Of a DNA stretch of 64,000 bases, positions 1 to 10,284 are shown one piece after another. The position numbers were made by a program, and so were the translations under genes. Under the pieces are notes generated by a model that was not told the origin of the DNA, ran no database searches, and saw only the letters and a list, made by a program, of their open reading frames with translations. The DNA comes from an uncultured Spirochaetales bacterium (GTDB lineage: Bacteria > Spirochaetota > Spirochaetia > JABMQR01), in the NCBI GenBank assembly GCA_964567895.1, contig CAZMOX010000001.1, positions 20,992 through 84,991 on the forward strand. The letters run 5' to 3'. Within the stretch, counting starts at the first letter, position 1; each line of letters begins with the position of its first letter.

Positions 1-459
1 AATAATGCTGCTCATACCCTTTTGGAGAGAACTCTCGATGATTCTGCCAACAGACGTGAAATACTGCCTGCTGCATTCCTCACTGCAGATGAAATACTCA
101 AAACAATGAATATGGTTATTTCCGGCGTACGCTTTCATACTGAATCTATCGAACGAAATCTTTCCACCTATGGTGTTTTTGCAGCCACCGAGCGCTTGCT
201 GATGGAACTTGGGCGACGGGGCGGAGATCGTCAGGAGATGCATGAAGTAATACGGGAACACTCACTGGTCGGTTGGGCAGAACTGCAAAAGGGTAAAAAA
301 AACACATTGAGCAAGCTCCTCGCTGGTGATCCAAGAATCACAAAATTTATTCCTGAAAATGATGTTCTGGAACTCCTGGATGCTTCGGAATACATTGGTG
401 ATGCCCGGGAGCGTGCACTATTAGTTGCTGAAGAACTTGAATCACTATTAACGGATTGA
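1..459 (+). CDS. purB: adenylosuccinate lyase, C-terminal part (5' end lies outside the window)
   Basis: The ORF is open from the window edge. The C-terminal region (ERNLSTYGVFAATERLLMELGRRG...HEVIREHS...DP.I) resembles the PurB C-terminal domain and ends with a stop at 457-459. Confidence 0.7.
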   Translation, partial: NNAAHTLLERTLDDSANRREILPAAFLTADEILKTMNMVISGVRFHTESIERNLSTYGVFAATERLLMELGRRGGDRQEMHEVIREHSLVGWAELQKGKKNTLSKLLAGDPRITKFIPENDVLELLDASEYIGDARERALLVAEELESLLTD

Positions 460-572
460 AGTTTGCAAAGTTAATATTTAAATCTGTGAACTGTGATCTG
501 AATTTATTCCCTTTCCTATTAAACATTGTACAATGCAACAACCTCAGTATATACTATCCCTGAGGTGTTCAG

Positions 573-3500
573 ATGAGGAAAATATTTGGTGTCCTGATTA
601 CAGCTTTACTGCTCTCTCTCTTCCTTGTTTCCTGTGAATCTTACGAAGTCGTACGGGAGCCGGTAATTGTAGAATCAGTCGAACCTATTGCAGCTCCTGC
701 TGCAGATATTTCGGATTCTACTCCAAGTACAGAAGCGGTTCCAGAGCAAGAACCTGAAGCCGAAACACGTCAATCCGAACCTGAGATTGAAATAGAATTA
801 GCCGTAGAAGAACCAATTGTTGAACCAATTGCCGATGAAACTCCTGTCCTTGAGCCGATTGAAGCTGAAATAGTGGAAGTAGAAATAGAAGAAGAAATCT
901 CTGAACCAGTAATTAAAGAGGTCGCTCCGATAGAGACTCTGGAAACAGAGTTGCCCGTCGAAGAACCTCCAGCAGAAGTTCTTGTCACAGAACCAGCAAT
1001 CCCGGAAGAAGAACTAGTTGAAACTATTCCTGAATCGGAACCCGAGCCGGAAGTGGTAATGGAAATAATCATTGAGGAACCGGTTATTGAACCAATTGCC
1101 GATGAAACTCCTGTCCTTGAGCCGATTGAAGCTGAAATAGTGGAAGTAGAAATAGAAGAAGAAATCTCTGAACCAGTAATTAAAGAGGTCGCTCCGATAG
1201 AGACTCTGGAAACAGAGTTGCCCGTCGAAGAACCTCCAGCAGAAGTTCTTGTCACAGAACCAGCAATCCCGGAAGAAGAACTAGTTGAAAATGTTCCTGA
1301 ATCGCAACCGGAAGATATTGTTATCGAGTTTCCTCTTTCACTACCGGTACTATCAAATGAACGTCATCCTGAAAAAACAACTCCTGATTTAAAAACTACT
1401 ACACCTGAGACACCAATAGTCACAGAACTTCCGGAAAGTGCAATAATCGAAACTGAAGATGAAATTGTTGAACCGGAAGTATTAGTCGAACCCGAAATAA
1501 CAGAGATTCCGCCAGAGCCGGAACCTGAATCTGTTCCTGAATCATCAGTTGAACCTGAAGCCAGCCCTGAAGTATCAGAAGAACCAGAAATATCCGAAAC
1601 ACCTGCAGTACATGATGTGTCTGCAGTACCAGAGGTGCCTGTAGTAAAGTATGTCTCTATTTTTGACTCTATAAGAGACAACGAATTGACAGTAACTGAA
1701 CGTTTTATACTTGATGGAGCAGATCCAAACCAGATTGATGAATTCGGAACTCCACCGCTTTATATTGCTGCCGGAACAGGTAATGAGTTAATGATCAGTC
1801 TATTGCTTAAACATGAAGCAGATCCTTCAGTACCAAATGCAGAAGGACAGCTTCCTATACATGCTGCAGCAGAAATTTCTTATGAACTTGCCTCACTCCT
1901 AACAGGAAATGGAAGTCTTATATTTTCAGTTAGTGAGCTTGGAATCAATACGCTAGAAAAAGCCCTTTTAGATGGACCAAAAGCTGTTACAGAACTTCTC
2001 GGTGAAGATCTTGTAAACACAGCAGATGAATACGGAAACACTCCGCTTCATCTGGCAGCAGAGATGGGCGGTGTTGAGAACGTCAGACAATTGCTTATAA
2101 ACGGTGCCGATATCAATATTCGCAACAATAATGATCTCCTACCGCTTGATGTTGCTTTTGGATATACCCACAGCGGTAAACATGTACAAGTAGTTGAAGA
2201 GCTCATTAAAAACTATTCAGACATCCCGTCAAATCAGACTTTTTATTACGCATTCCAGGCAATATCTAATACCGGTGTTGATTCCCGATTTGAAAATGGA
2301 GCAACGGTCCTGCACTATACTGCTCAGTACAACCATCCTGCCCTTATGAGTATGTTTATTAAACGCGGTGCTTATCTGGAAGCACGTGATGAAAACAACA
2401 ACACGCCGATTCACATAGCTGTAGAGTATGGAAATCTTGAAATTGTTGAACTTCTTATTCATTCCGGGGTAGATGTTGATGTAAGAAATGGATCCAGCAG
2501 CACCCCCCTGCACTTAGCGGTAACCCAAAGCGGTAAAAAGGATATTATTGAGTACTTGCTGGACAGTGGTGCTGACATAAACAGCAGAAATATCTTTGGC
2601 GACACTGCCCTTCATATATCCGTAGATCCTGAAGTTTCCTCTGAATTTGTTAAGCTGCTCCTACTCAGGAATGCTGACCCAAACAGCTGTGACAAAACAG
2701 GGAATACTCCCATCATGCTGGCTCTTGCACGTGATAATCGTGAGGCAGTGGAACTTCTCCTGGCAAACAACGCAGATTTATACGCAAAAAACTATAATAA
2801 AATTACTCCGCTCATCCGTGCTCTCATGAAGGGAACAGGTGTAATAAATTGGTTTTATACTCCGGAGATGAATAAAACAATTGATGCATATGGTAATACC
2901 CCTCTGCATACAGCAGTAACTAACAGAGCAGAAATTGATGTGGTCGATTTTATCGTTAATGCTGGAGCTGATCTTAATAAAAAGAATTTTCTCGGTGATA
3001 CCGCACTTCACTCAGCAGTCGAGGTTGATTATGTAGATGCTGCAGCTCTTATGATCGACTATGGAGCCGATCCATTCCTGGCTAATAACCGGGGAAAAGC
3101 TCCGGCTGTTTTGGCCTTTGAACGGGGAATTGAATTCACTTCCCGATTAATAACAACTGAAAACCTCTCTATGACTGACATATCCGGAAACACCCCACTT
3201 CATTTAGCCGCACAGTGGGACTATCTTGATATCGTTTCAGACCTCATTGAACAGGGTGCAGATGTTAATACTCATAATAAAGAAGGATTTACCCCAATTC
3301 ATTATGCGGCAAAAAACAACAGTAGTGAAGTATGTCTGATTCTTGCAAATAACAGTGCACTCATAGATGCGCGGGATTCTTATGGGAATACCCCATTACA
3401 CACCGCTGTATCCTGGGAATCTGTTCAGGCTGCTAAGTTTCTGCTGTTTCGCGGAGCCAATGTTCACTTACGGAATTTAAGCGGAAACACTCCGCTGCAT

Positions 3501-4340
3501 ACAGCAGTCTTACAGCGGGATCAGAATAGTGTAAAAATGCTCATAGAATATGGAGCATCTCTTGAATCCAGAGATAATGTGGGAAGGACTCCCCTTCTGC
3601 TTGCAACAAGAAAGAATTACTGGGAGTTATCAGAACTTCTCATATCACTTGGAGCAGACTTCAATGCGAGAGATAACCGGGGAAATACACCGCTTCATGA
3701 GGCAATCCGGAACAGAAATGAAAAAATATGTACTATTCTAATTGAAGAGGGTGCAGCAATTTTTGCCGAAAATCGGTATGGGGACACCCCTATCAGTCTT
3801 GCGTTTACGGCTGGGGTTGATGTTGTGGACTGGTTTATAAAAGGAGATTCTATATCTGCAAGAGATGATAAAGGTAATACTCCAATCCATTCGGCAATCC
3901 AGAACAACTCTTCCGGGGATATTATCAATCTGTTGATCAGTAAAGGTGCAGATATAAACAGCAGAAATAATTGGATAAATACACCACTGCATACAGCATT
4001 CCTTTCTCTCAATAAAAATGCAGTACTTATCCTCAGTGCGGCCGGAGCTGATATTTTTTCAAGAAATGGCGATGGAAATTCACCTCTTTCCATAGCTTTC
4101 TCTGTGGGTACAGATTCATTATCCTGGATTGTTACGGCCGAAAACAAAGATGTTACAGATCAGTATGGAAATACTCCGCTTCATATTGCAGCTTCCTATG
4201 GGAACAAAGATGCGGTTATCTATCTTATGTCGATTGGAATTTCATCTGAAATAAAAAATCTGGCAGGCGATACGCCGGCAGATATGGCAAGAAAACAGGA
4301 TCATCCGGAACTTGCAACGCTGTTGAGGGAAATTGAGTAA
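573..4340 (+). CDS. large ankyrin-repeat lipoprotein. N-terminal signal peptide with lipobox LVSC, a ~330-aa acidic E/P/V/I-rich low-complexity linker, then more than 20 consecutive ankyrin repeats (roughly 25-27 by length)
   Basis: The N-terminus MRKIFGVLITALLLSLFLVSC gives a signal peptide with a Cys lipobox. Recurrent ankyrin consensus motifs (GNTPLHxAA..G, xxLLxxGADxNxxxxxGxTPL) run from about aa 370 to the C-terminus. Confidence 0.85.
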   Translation: MRKIFGVLITALLLSLFLVSCESYEVVREPVIVESVEPIAAPAADISDSTPSTEAVPEQEPEAETRQSEPEIEIELAVEEPIVEPIADETPVLEPIEAEIVEVEIEEEISEPVIKEVAPIETLETELPVEEPPAEVLVTEPAIPEEELVETIPESEPEPEVVMEIIIEEPVIEPIADETPVLEPIEAEIVEVEIEEEISEPVIKEVAPIETLETELPVEEPPAEVLVTEPAIPEEELVENVPESQPEDIVIEFPLSLPVLSNERHPEKTTPDLKTTTPETPIVTELPESAIIETEDEIVEPEVLVEPEITEIPPEPEPESVPESSVEPEASPEVSEEPEISETPAVHDVSAVPEVPVVKYVSIFDSIRDNELTVTERFILDGADPNQIDEFGTPPLYIAAGTGNELMISLLLKHEADPSVPNAEGQLPIHAAAEISYELASLLTGNGSLIFSVSELGINTLEKALLDGPKAVTELLGEDLVNTADEYGNTPLHLAAEMGGVENVRQLLINGADINIRNNNDLLPLDVAFGYTHSGKHVQVVEELIKNYSDIPSNQTFYYAFQAISNTGVDSRFENGATVLHYTAQYNHPALMSMFIKRGAYLEARDENNNTPIHIAVEYGNLEIVELLIHSGVDVDVRNGSSSTPLHLAVTQSGKKDIIEYLLDSGADINSRNIFGDTALHISVDPEVSSEFVKLLLLRNADPNSCDKTGNTPIMLALARDNREAVELLLANNADLYAKNYNKITPLIRALMKGTGVINWFYTPEMNKTIDAYGNTPLHTAVTNRAEIDVVDFIVNAGADLNKKNFLGDTALHSAVEVDYVDAAALMIDYGADPFLANNRGKAPAVLAFERGIEFTSRLITTENLSMTDISGNTPLHLAAQWDYLDIVSDLIEQGADVNTHNKEGFTPIHYAAKNNSSEVCLILANNSALIDARDSYGNTPLHTAVSWESVQAAKFLLFRGANVHLRNLSGNTPLHTAVLQRDQNSVKMLIEYGASLESRDNVGRTPLLLATRKNYWELSELLISLGADFNARDNRGNTPLHEAIRNRNEKICTILIEEGAAIFAENRYGDTPISLAFTAGVDVVDWFIKGDSISARDDKGNTPIHSAIQNNSSGDIINLLISKGADINSRNNWINTPLHTAFLSLNKNAVLILSAAGADIFSRNGDGNSPLSIAFSVGTDSLSWIVTAENKDVTDQYGNTPLHIAASYGNKDAVIYLMSIGISSEIKNLAGDTPADMARKQDHPELATLLREIE
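821..1291. repeat. two identical 204-bp segments (821-1024 and 1088-1291) repeated with a 267-bp period inside the acidic linker of the ankyrin lipoprotein
   Basis: Direct sequence identity of gaaccaattgccgatgaaactcctgtccttgagccgattgaagctgaaatagtggaagtagaaatag...ggaagaagaactagttgaaa at both positions. The repeat encodes the duplicated peptide EPIADETPVLEPIEAEIVEVEIEEEISEPVIKEVAPIETLETELPVEEPPAEVLVTEPAIPEEELVE. Confidence 0.9.
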
Positions 4341-4363
4341 CCAGGGCAATGATAACAATCTAA

Positions 4364-4393
4364 GAACAAAACAAAGTTTTGTTCCAATTTTCT
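4364..4393 (+). terminator. putative rho-independent terminator after the ankyrin lipoprotein gene
   Basis: Hairpin gaacaaaac-aaa-gttttgttc (9-bp stem) followed by the T-rich stretch caattttct, 24 nt after the stop codon. Confidence 0.45.
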
Positions 4394-4505
4394 GACAATT
4401 TGCCTGGATTCATGCTTACATGAATTAGAAGCTTTCAATCTAACTATCTGTAAATATTTATATTATATAGATCAAAAACTTATGACTAAAAGGATAGGTT
4501 AATTT

Positions 4506-4976
4506 ATGGCGGATATGCTTGTAAAACTATATGACTTACCAGATTTAAAATCTGAGGCTATGAAAGAAATTGGAGTGATTTTACGTCGACCTTTTTCTTT
4601 TGAGAAAAGCATGGTTACAAATTGGGTAAAAAGATGTTTTTCGTCAGGATGGTCGGATGAATGTGAGGTAACTTTTTCAAATCAGCCAATATCTACTTTT
4701 ATAGCTGTCGCAGAGGGGAAAATTATAGGTTTTGCCTCATATGACGCAACTTGCAGAAATTTCTTCGGACCCACAGGAGTGGAGAAAGATTCTCGGAAAA
4801 AAGGGATAGGAGAAGCTCTTCTTCTGCAGGCTTTTATCGCAATGAGAGAGCAGGGTTACGCGTACGGCATAATTGGCGGAGTCGGCCCCGCAGCTTTTTA
4901 TTCCAGAATAGTCGGAGCCGTTATTATAGAGGGGTCTGAACCGGGCATCTATGGAAATCAGCTGAGAAAACAATGA
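4506..4976 (+). CDS. GNAT-family N-acetyltransferase
   Basis: 156 aa. The acetyl-CoA-binding-like segment RKKGIGEALLLQAFIAMREQGYAYGIIGG fits the GNAT fold. Confidence 0.55.
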   Translation: MADMLVKLYDLPDLKSEAMKEIGVILRRPFSFEKSMVTNWVKRCFSSGWSDECEVTFSNQPISTFIAVAEGKIIGFASYDATCRNFFGPTGVEKDSRKKGIGEALLLQAFIAMREQGYAYGIIGGVGPAAFYSRIVGAVIIEGSEPGIYGNQLRKQ

Positions 4977-5000
4977 GGGGAATTACAGCTACTCGTCTGT

Positions 5001-5867
5001 TTATTTGATGGCACCAGCCGAGAGGCCCTGGATGATGTACTTCTGGAAAAATATAACAATGATTAGCGGTGGTATGATTGAAATCATAGTAGCCGCTGAC
5101 ATGAGGTCCCAGTGTACAAAGTACTGACCTATGAATTCTGTCATTGTAACAGTAAGAGGTTTTGATTTAAGGGTATAGGTCAGGACCAGCGGTGCCGCAA
5201 ACATGTTCCAAGTATGGAGAAAGGATACAATAGACACTGCGATAAGCCCGGGCATAACCATCTGAATACTTACCAAAAAAATAGTTTGAACCCTTGTACA
5301 ACCGTCAATTCTTGCGGCATCTTCAATCTCTGCAGGTACAGATTCGAAGTAGCCTTTCATAAACCAGGTTTCGAATGGCAACCGGAATGTAAATGACAGG
5401 AGTATCAGCCCAATTTTTGAATCCAGCAAATGCAGATCACTGAACACTGAGAAAAGTCCGATAAGAACAGGCCACGCGGGCAAAGCTATGATACCGATTA
5501 TGACGTAGAAAAAAAATCTGCTGCCCTTGAATCTCAATCTGGAAAATGCGTATCCCAGAAGAGGGGCAAAGAACATAACAAGAATGGTTGTCGATACAGC
5601 AACAATAATTGAATTCCGAATTCCCTTCCTCAGCAGTTCTGTAGCTGCAATTCCACCGCTTCCGCGGAAGCTCTCTCCTGTAACAAGAACTTTCTTGTAA
5701 GCTTCCAGAGTAGGTTTTTCCGGAATCCAATGGGGAGGGATCGAGTACAGCTCTGTTCTTTCGGAAATTGATGAAATGAAAATCCAAAGTAGAGGAGCTG
5801 CTGACCAAAAGATAATGAGAAATACTAAAACTCCAAGAAAGATACTGTATACCGGTCTTTTTTTCAT
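5001..5867 (-). CDS. carbohydrate ABC transporter permease (MalG/UgpE-like)
   Basis: Multi-pass membrane protein with the EAA-loop motif EDAARIDGCTRVQTIFLVSIQMVMPGL. It overlaps the upstream permease gene by 4 bp. Confidence 0.85.
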   Translation of the reverse strand: MKKRPVYSIFLGVLVFLIIFWSAAPLLWIFISSISERTELYSIPPHWIPEKPTLEAYKKVLVTGESFRGSGGIAATELLRKGIRNSIIVAVSTTILVMFFAPLLGYAFSRLRFKGSRFFFYVIIGIIALPAWPVLIGLFSVFSDLHLLDSKIGLILLSFTFRLPFETWFMKGYFESVPAEIEDAARIDGCTRVQTIFLVSIQMVMPGLIAVSIVSFLHTWNMFAAPLVLTYTLKSKPLTVTMTEFIGQYFVHWDLMSAATMISIIPPLIIVIFFQKYIIQGLSAGAIK

Positions 5868-6757
5868 ATTTTGTCCTTCTTGAAACTCATGCGGATGTAA
5901 AAAAGAGTCATCACAAACATGAAAAAACCTACCAGATAAGCCATTGCGGAACCACGTCCGAATCTTCCCATTTCGAAAGTTAACTCATAGTTATAGATCA
6001 TAGGGGTTTTTGTGGATTCACTGAATTCCATCAATGCATATATCCCGTCAAAAACATTAAACGATGCTATTAGCGTGAGTATTACAGCAATTCCACCTAT
6101 TCGTGACAGGGATGACAGGGTTATATAAAAAAACTGCCTGAAAACACCCGCGCCATCTACCTTTGCAGCTTCATAGAGCTGTTTGGGGACTGACTGAAGT
6201 ACACCCAGAAATAATATTGTTATGAAAGGAGCATAGCGCCAGACAAAGATAAACACTGCAAGGTTTAAGGCTACAAATGAGTTGTTGAGCCAGAACTGAT
6301 ACTCTTTGATTATTCCAAGCTGATAAAGAAGTCCGTTTAGTGCACCGTAGTCTCCATTAAAGATCCACTTCCATAGATGTCCATTTACCACAGGCGGTAA
6401 CGCCCAGGGAATTATTACTACAGCTCTGAGAATACCTCTGCCCCTGAATTTTTTGTTCAGAACCAGAGAGATTCCCAGAGAGATCAGCATAACCACTATT
6501 GTCGCGACTGCCATGAAATACAGCACTCTAAGTACTGAAGCAATAAAAACCGGATCTTTCAGCACGTAAATATAGTTATCAAGTCCATTGAATTCTATTC
6601 TGTTTGGCATTTTGAGATTATATCTCAGCATACTGAACTTAAAAGACTGAAAAGCTGGATAGTAGGCAAAACCCAACAGGAGAAGCAGGGCTGGAGCAAG
6701 GATTACATATGCAAGATGCTGTTCATTATCAAGCCACACGGAAATTTTTTTTATCAT
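5864..6757 (-). CDS. carbohydrate ABC transporter permease (MalF/UgpA-like)
   Basis: Six predicted TM segments and the EAA motif YEAAKVDGAGVFRQFFYITL. Confidence 0.85.
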   Translation of the reverse strand: MIKKISVWLDNEQHLAYVILAPALLLLLGFAYYPAFQSFKFSMLRYNLKMPNRIEFNGLDNYIYVLKDPVFIASVLRVLYFMAVATIVVMLISLGISLVLNKKFRGRGILRAVVIIPWALPPVVNGHLWKWIFNGDYGALNGLLYQLGIIKEYQFWLNNSFVALNLAVFIFVWRYAPFITILFLGVLQSVPKQLYEAAKVDGAGVFRQFFYITLSSLSRIGGIAVILTLIASFNVFDGIYALMEFSESTKTPMIYNYELTFEMGRFGRGSAMAYLVGFFMFVMTLFYIRMSFKKDKI

Positions 6758-6825
6758 GTTATGCCCCAGTTTTTAAACAGGGACTCCCAAAGGAGCCCCT
6801 GTAGTTCTTTTATCATGTGGTGGAA

Positions 6826-8064
6826 TTACTCGTATTCCTTCTGCAGCGCCCTGGTGAAATCACCTAGATCCTTTATTGCCTGATCTACATCAACTTCTCC
6901 TTTGGCAACCCTTATGAGAGAGTTTTTCAATTCTGTCTCAAATTCCGCGAACCATGGAGTACTGTAGGGCAGAGGAATAACATACTTTGCCTGTTCGGAC
7001 ATGGCATCCCATCCGTCAATCTTTCCCTGGGCACCCAGATCGGCAAATACTTGTTTGTTGGCCGGAAACATACCGTTTCCTTCATAGCCGAAAAGCTGGG
7101 GTTCTTCAGAAACCATGAATTCTATGAAGCTCAGAGCAGCCTGGGGATATTCGCTGTAGCTGGAAATAGCAAGACCTGCCGGGAGAGACCAGGTGAAATG
7201 CTGTTCCGGAAGCAATAGATAGTCGGCATTGGGCGCGGTTTTTGATTTTTCAGGATTATTGGCAATAGCCAGAGATCCCTGCCATGCCTGATGAAAAGCT
7301 GCTTGTCCTGCCCAGAAAGAGGGGTGCGCGTTGGGTGATGTAAGTCTTTCGGGTGAAATCATTCCCATCTCAAACCACTTAATGAGTCTTTTGTATGCAT
7401 CATAAGCGGGGTCTGCCGGGTCATCAAAAGTGGGATTGCCGTCTTTATCAAACAGGGTAGATCCTGATGAAAGGGAAATCAGGTACCATGACCAATGTCT
7501 TACAGCAATTGCCAAAGGATATTCATATATTCCCTCATTTTTCAGTTTGAGAGAGATGTCCTCGAAATCCTGCCATGTTTTTATTGCATCAGCGGATGTC
7601 CCAATTTTTTCAAGAGCTGATTTGTCATAATCAATCATTACCATCTGCTGGTATATTGGGACCGCATAGGTGTCCCCATCCATCTGGAAAAAGTTTTTTC
7701 CCGCTACCTTGTTAAAAACAGAATCCGGAACAATACTATCAAGTTCCGCAAGAATCCCGGAGTTGCCGAATGTGCCGAAATGACTTATACCTACAAAGAT
7801 GATGTCTGCAGGATTAACTTTTCCTGCAGCAGCCTGCATTACCTTTGTTTTAAGATCCGCGTCCTTCAGTGTCGAAACTTCCACTTTGATTCCGGATTGG
7901 GCTTCAAACTTAGCCAGAAGTTCTTCCGATGGTGCTCCCCATGAGGGTGTAATGTAGATTAGTTTATCGGGTTTTGCTTCTTCCTGTGCTGCATCTTGTT
8001 TTCCAGCTGCAAATGCGGATACGGTGATAATCAGAATAATTAATACTAAAAAGAGCTTTTTCAT
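6826..8064 (-). CDS. ABC transporter extracellular solute-binding protein (family 1, sugar-type)
   Basis: N-terminal signal peptide MKKLFLVLIILIITVSAFAAG. At 412 aa, its length and composition are typical of sugar substrate-binding proteins. It heads a three-gene operon with the two permeases. Confidence 0.8.
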   Translation of the reverse strand: MKKLFLVLIILIITVSAFAAGKQDAAQEEAKPDKLIYITPSWGAPSEELLAKFEAQSGIKVEVSTLKDADLKTKVMQAAAGKVNPADIIFVGISHFGTFGNSGILAELDSIVPDSVFNKVAGKNFFQMDGDTYAVPIYQQMVMIDYDKSALEKIGTSADAIKTWQDFEDISLKLKNEGIYEYPLAIAVRHWSWYLISLSSGSTLFDKDGNPTFDDPADPAYDAYKRLIKWFEMGMISPERLTSPNAHPSFWAGQAAFHQAWQGSLAIANNPEKSKTAPNADYLLLPEQHFTWSLPAGLAISSYSEYPQAALSFIEFMVSEEPQLFGYEGNGMFPANKQVFADLGAQGKIDGWDAMSEQAKYVIPLPYSTPWFAEFETELKNSLIRVAKGEVDVDQAIKDLGDFTRALQKEYE

Positions 8065-8192
8065 TGCTTACCTCCTGCGTAATAACTCAATTATAAAATG
8101 GCTCCGCCTGTCTGTCAATAAAAAAATATTTTATTTTTTATTATTGGTGATGAAATTTTATTTCAAAACATTTTGACAAAAGTAAGGTTTTT

Positions 8193-9350
8193 ATGCATAA
8201 TGAGTATATGAGAAAAAATAAAGCAATAGGACTCATGTCCGGTACTTCAGTAGACTCTATAGACGCGGCTGTTGTTGATATTGAGGAATCAGATAACTCT
8301 GTTTCTGTAAAACAGATAACAGGAATCGCCTTTTCAATACCCCGGGCTGTCAGAAGTTCTATTTTTGCACTATTTGAGGACAGTAAGGGGTCTTTAAGAA
8401 ATCTCGTTATTATGAATACGGTGCTAGGAGAACTCTTCGCGGAAGCGACAGAACATCTTCTCAGATGTACCAGTCTTGAGCCTGAAGATATTACAGTGAT
8501 AGGATCTCATGGCCAGACTATATATCATCTATCTGAAAAGGTGGAATGCTGCGGCCGGGGGGTAAGGGGTTCCCTTCAGATAGGAGAGGGTTCTATTATT
8601 GCCAGGAAAACAGGGATTCCAACAGTAACCGATTTTAGGCCTGGTGATATCGCGGCCGGAGGTTCCGGGGCTCCTTTGGTACCTTTCTTTGACCTGATTT
8701 TGTCGAAGGAGATGGGGTATAACACTGCTTTTCAGAATATCGGGGGTATTGGGAATGTTACTTTTATAGAAAAACAAGGCGGCAGGCCGATTGCTTTCGA
8801 TACAGGGCCGGGAAACATGATTGTCGATTACCTTGCATCTGAATATTCCGGTGGACAGCTGCAATATGATAAAGATGGGAAAATCGGTAGAGAAGGAAGG
8901 GTAAGGGAAGATCTTCTAGGTGAGTGGATGCACCATCCTTTCTTCCTAAAACCACCACCCAGGTCTACAGGCAGAGAGGAATTCGGCTCTGAGTTTTTCA
9001 ATACCTATCTGAAAGGGGTAGAGATAAACAGCGATCTTGTTAGGACTGCCGAGGAATTTACTGTCAGGACTATTGTTGGTTCGTATAGAAAACATCTGTC
9101 CGGAAAGCCTTCGACACTGATAGTAACCGGCGGGGGAGCTCACAATCCAGTAATCATGAACTCCCTCAAAAAAGAGCTGAAAGAGTGCAGGATACTTACC
9201 GGGGACGAGGCGGGGATAAGCACTGATTATAAGGAAGCAGCAGCTTTTGCGCTTCTTGGATATTTTGCCTATCGAAAACGGGTCAATAATGTACCCGACG
9301 CGACAGGCGCGGAAGGCGAAGCTGTGATGGGAAAACTGTCACTTCCCTGA
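8193..9350 (+). CDS. anmK: anhydro-N-acetylmuramic acid kinase (the start may be the ATG at 8208)
   Basis: N-terminal GLMSGTSVDSIDAAVVDI matches the AnmK signature (MSGTSxDGID), and the whole protein fits the AnmK family. Its length is 385 aa. Confidence 0.85.
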   Translation: MHNEYMRKNKAIGLMSGTSVDSIDAAVVDIEESDNSVSVKQITGIAFSIPRAVRSSIFALFEDSKGSLRNLVIMNTVLGELFAEATEHLLRCTSLEPEDITVIGSHGQTIYHLSEKVECCGRGVRGSLQIGEGSIIARKTGIPTVTDFRPGDIAAGGSGAPLVPFFDLILSKEMGYNTAFQNIGGIGNVTFIEKQGGRPIAFDTGPGNMIVDYLASEYSGGQLQYDKDGKIGREGRVREDLLGEWMHHPFFLKPPPRSTGREEFGSEFFNTYLKGVEINSDLVRTAEEFTVRTIVGSYRKHLSGKPSTLIVTGGGAHNPVIMNSLKKELKECRILTGDEAGISTDYKEAAAFALLGYFAYRKRVNNVPDATGAEGEAVMGKLSLP

Positions 9351-9357
9351 AAATCTT

Positions 9358-10281
9358 ATGAATAAACAGGAGAATAAAATGGATCATCTTGCAAGCCTGA
9401 CCACCGAGCAGTCAAATCCAAGATCACAGGATATAGATACAAAGAGTACATTTGAGATTCTGGAAATAATAAACAGTGAGGATATGGTTATCCCACGGGT
9501 AATTGAAGGTGTTCTCGATAATATTGCCGCAATTGTGGACGCGGCAGTTCACTCCTTCAGAAACGGTGGCAAGCTCTTCTATGTTGGGGCCGGTACCTCA
9601 GGAAGACTTGGCGTACTCGATGCGTCAGAATGTCCTCCCACCTTTGGGACTGATCCTGAAATGATTCAGGGAATAATTGCCGGAGGAAGGGAAGCTCTTA
9701 CTACGGCTGTAGAATGGGCTGAGGATAATGAGGATGAGGGCAGAAAAGCTTTGACTGAAAAAGGAATATGTGAAAAGGATATTGTAATTGGGATAACGGC
9801 CAGCGGCCAGGCTCCATTTGTAATTGGTGCCATGAAACAGGGCAGAGAAGCCGGCGCTGTAGTTTGTGCAATAAGCAGCAACAGTAATTCAAGGACTTTT
9901 GCTTATGCTGATCATAAAATCTGTATCGATGTGGGTCCGGAGATTATTACGGGATCGACCCGTATGAAGTCGGGAACAGCTCAGAAACTCGTGTTGAACA
10001 TGATAACCACAGCCTCAATGATTCGTCTTGGAAAGGTGTTTAATAACCTTATGGTTGATCTTGTTCCCGTAAACAGCAAACTTGTCAACCGTTCAAAAAG
10101 GTTGATCATGCAGATCTGCAACTGTGACGAAAAGACTGCAGCAAAGGCTTTCAAGGACTGTGGGAAAAAGCCTAAGACAGCGATTGTGTCTCTTCTTCTG
10201 GATGTCCCGGCAGAAAAAGCAAGGACTCTCCTGAAAAATAACGATGAACACATTGGCCTCGTTTTAAGGAACTTTCATTAG
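9358..10281 (+). CDS. murQ: N-acetylmuramic acid 6-phosphate etherase (SIS domain). The start may be MDHL at 9379.
   Basis: MurQ signature residues include LTTEQSNPRSQDID, GAGTSGRLGVLDASECPPTF and ITASGQAPFVIGA. It lies directly downstream of anmK. Confidence 0.85.
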   Translation: MNKQENKMDHLASLTTEQSNPRSQDIDTKSTFEILEIINSEDMVIPRVIEGVLDNIAAIVDAAVHSFRNGGKLFYVGAGTSGRLGVLDASECPPTFGTDPEMIQGIIAGGREALTTAVEWAEDNEDEGRKALTEKGICEKDIVIGITASGQAPFVIGAMKQGREAGAVVCAISSNSNSRTFAYADHKICIDVGPEIITGSTRMKSGTAQKLVLNMITTASMIRLGKVFNNLMVDLVPVNSKLVNRSKRLIMQICNCDEKTAAKAFKDCGKKPKTAIVSLLLDVPAEKARTLLKNNDEHIGLVLRNFH

Positions 10282-10284
10282 GCT

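Noticed and set aside
770-1681. Minus-strand ORFs 770-1255 (161 aa, Ser/Gly/Thr-rich) and 1364-1681 (105 aa) antisense to the acidic linker region
   Set aside because: They are low-complexity mirror-image translations of the GAA/GAG-rich repeats, lie entirely inside a well-supported + strand gene, and have no start context.
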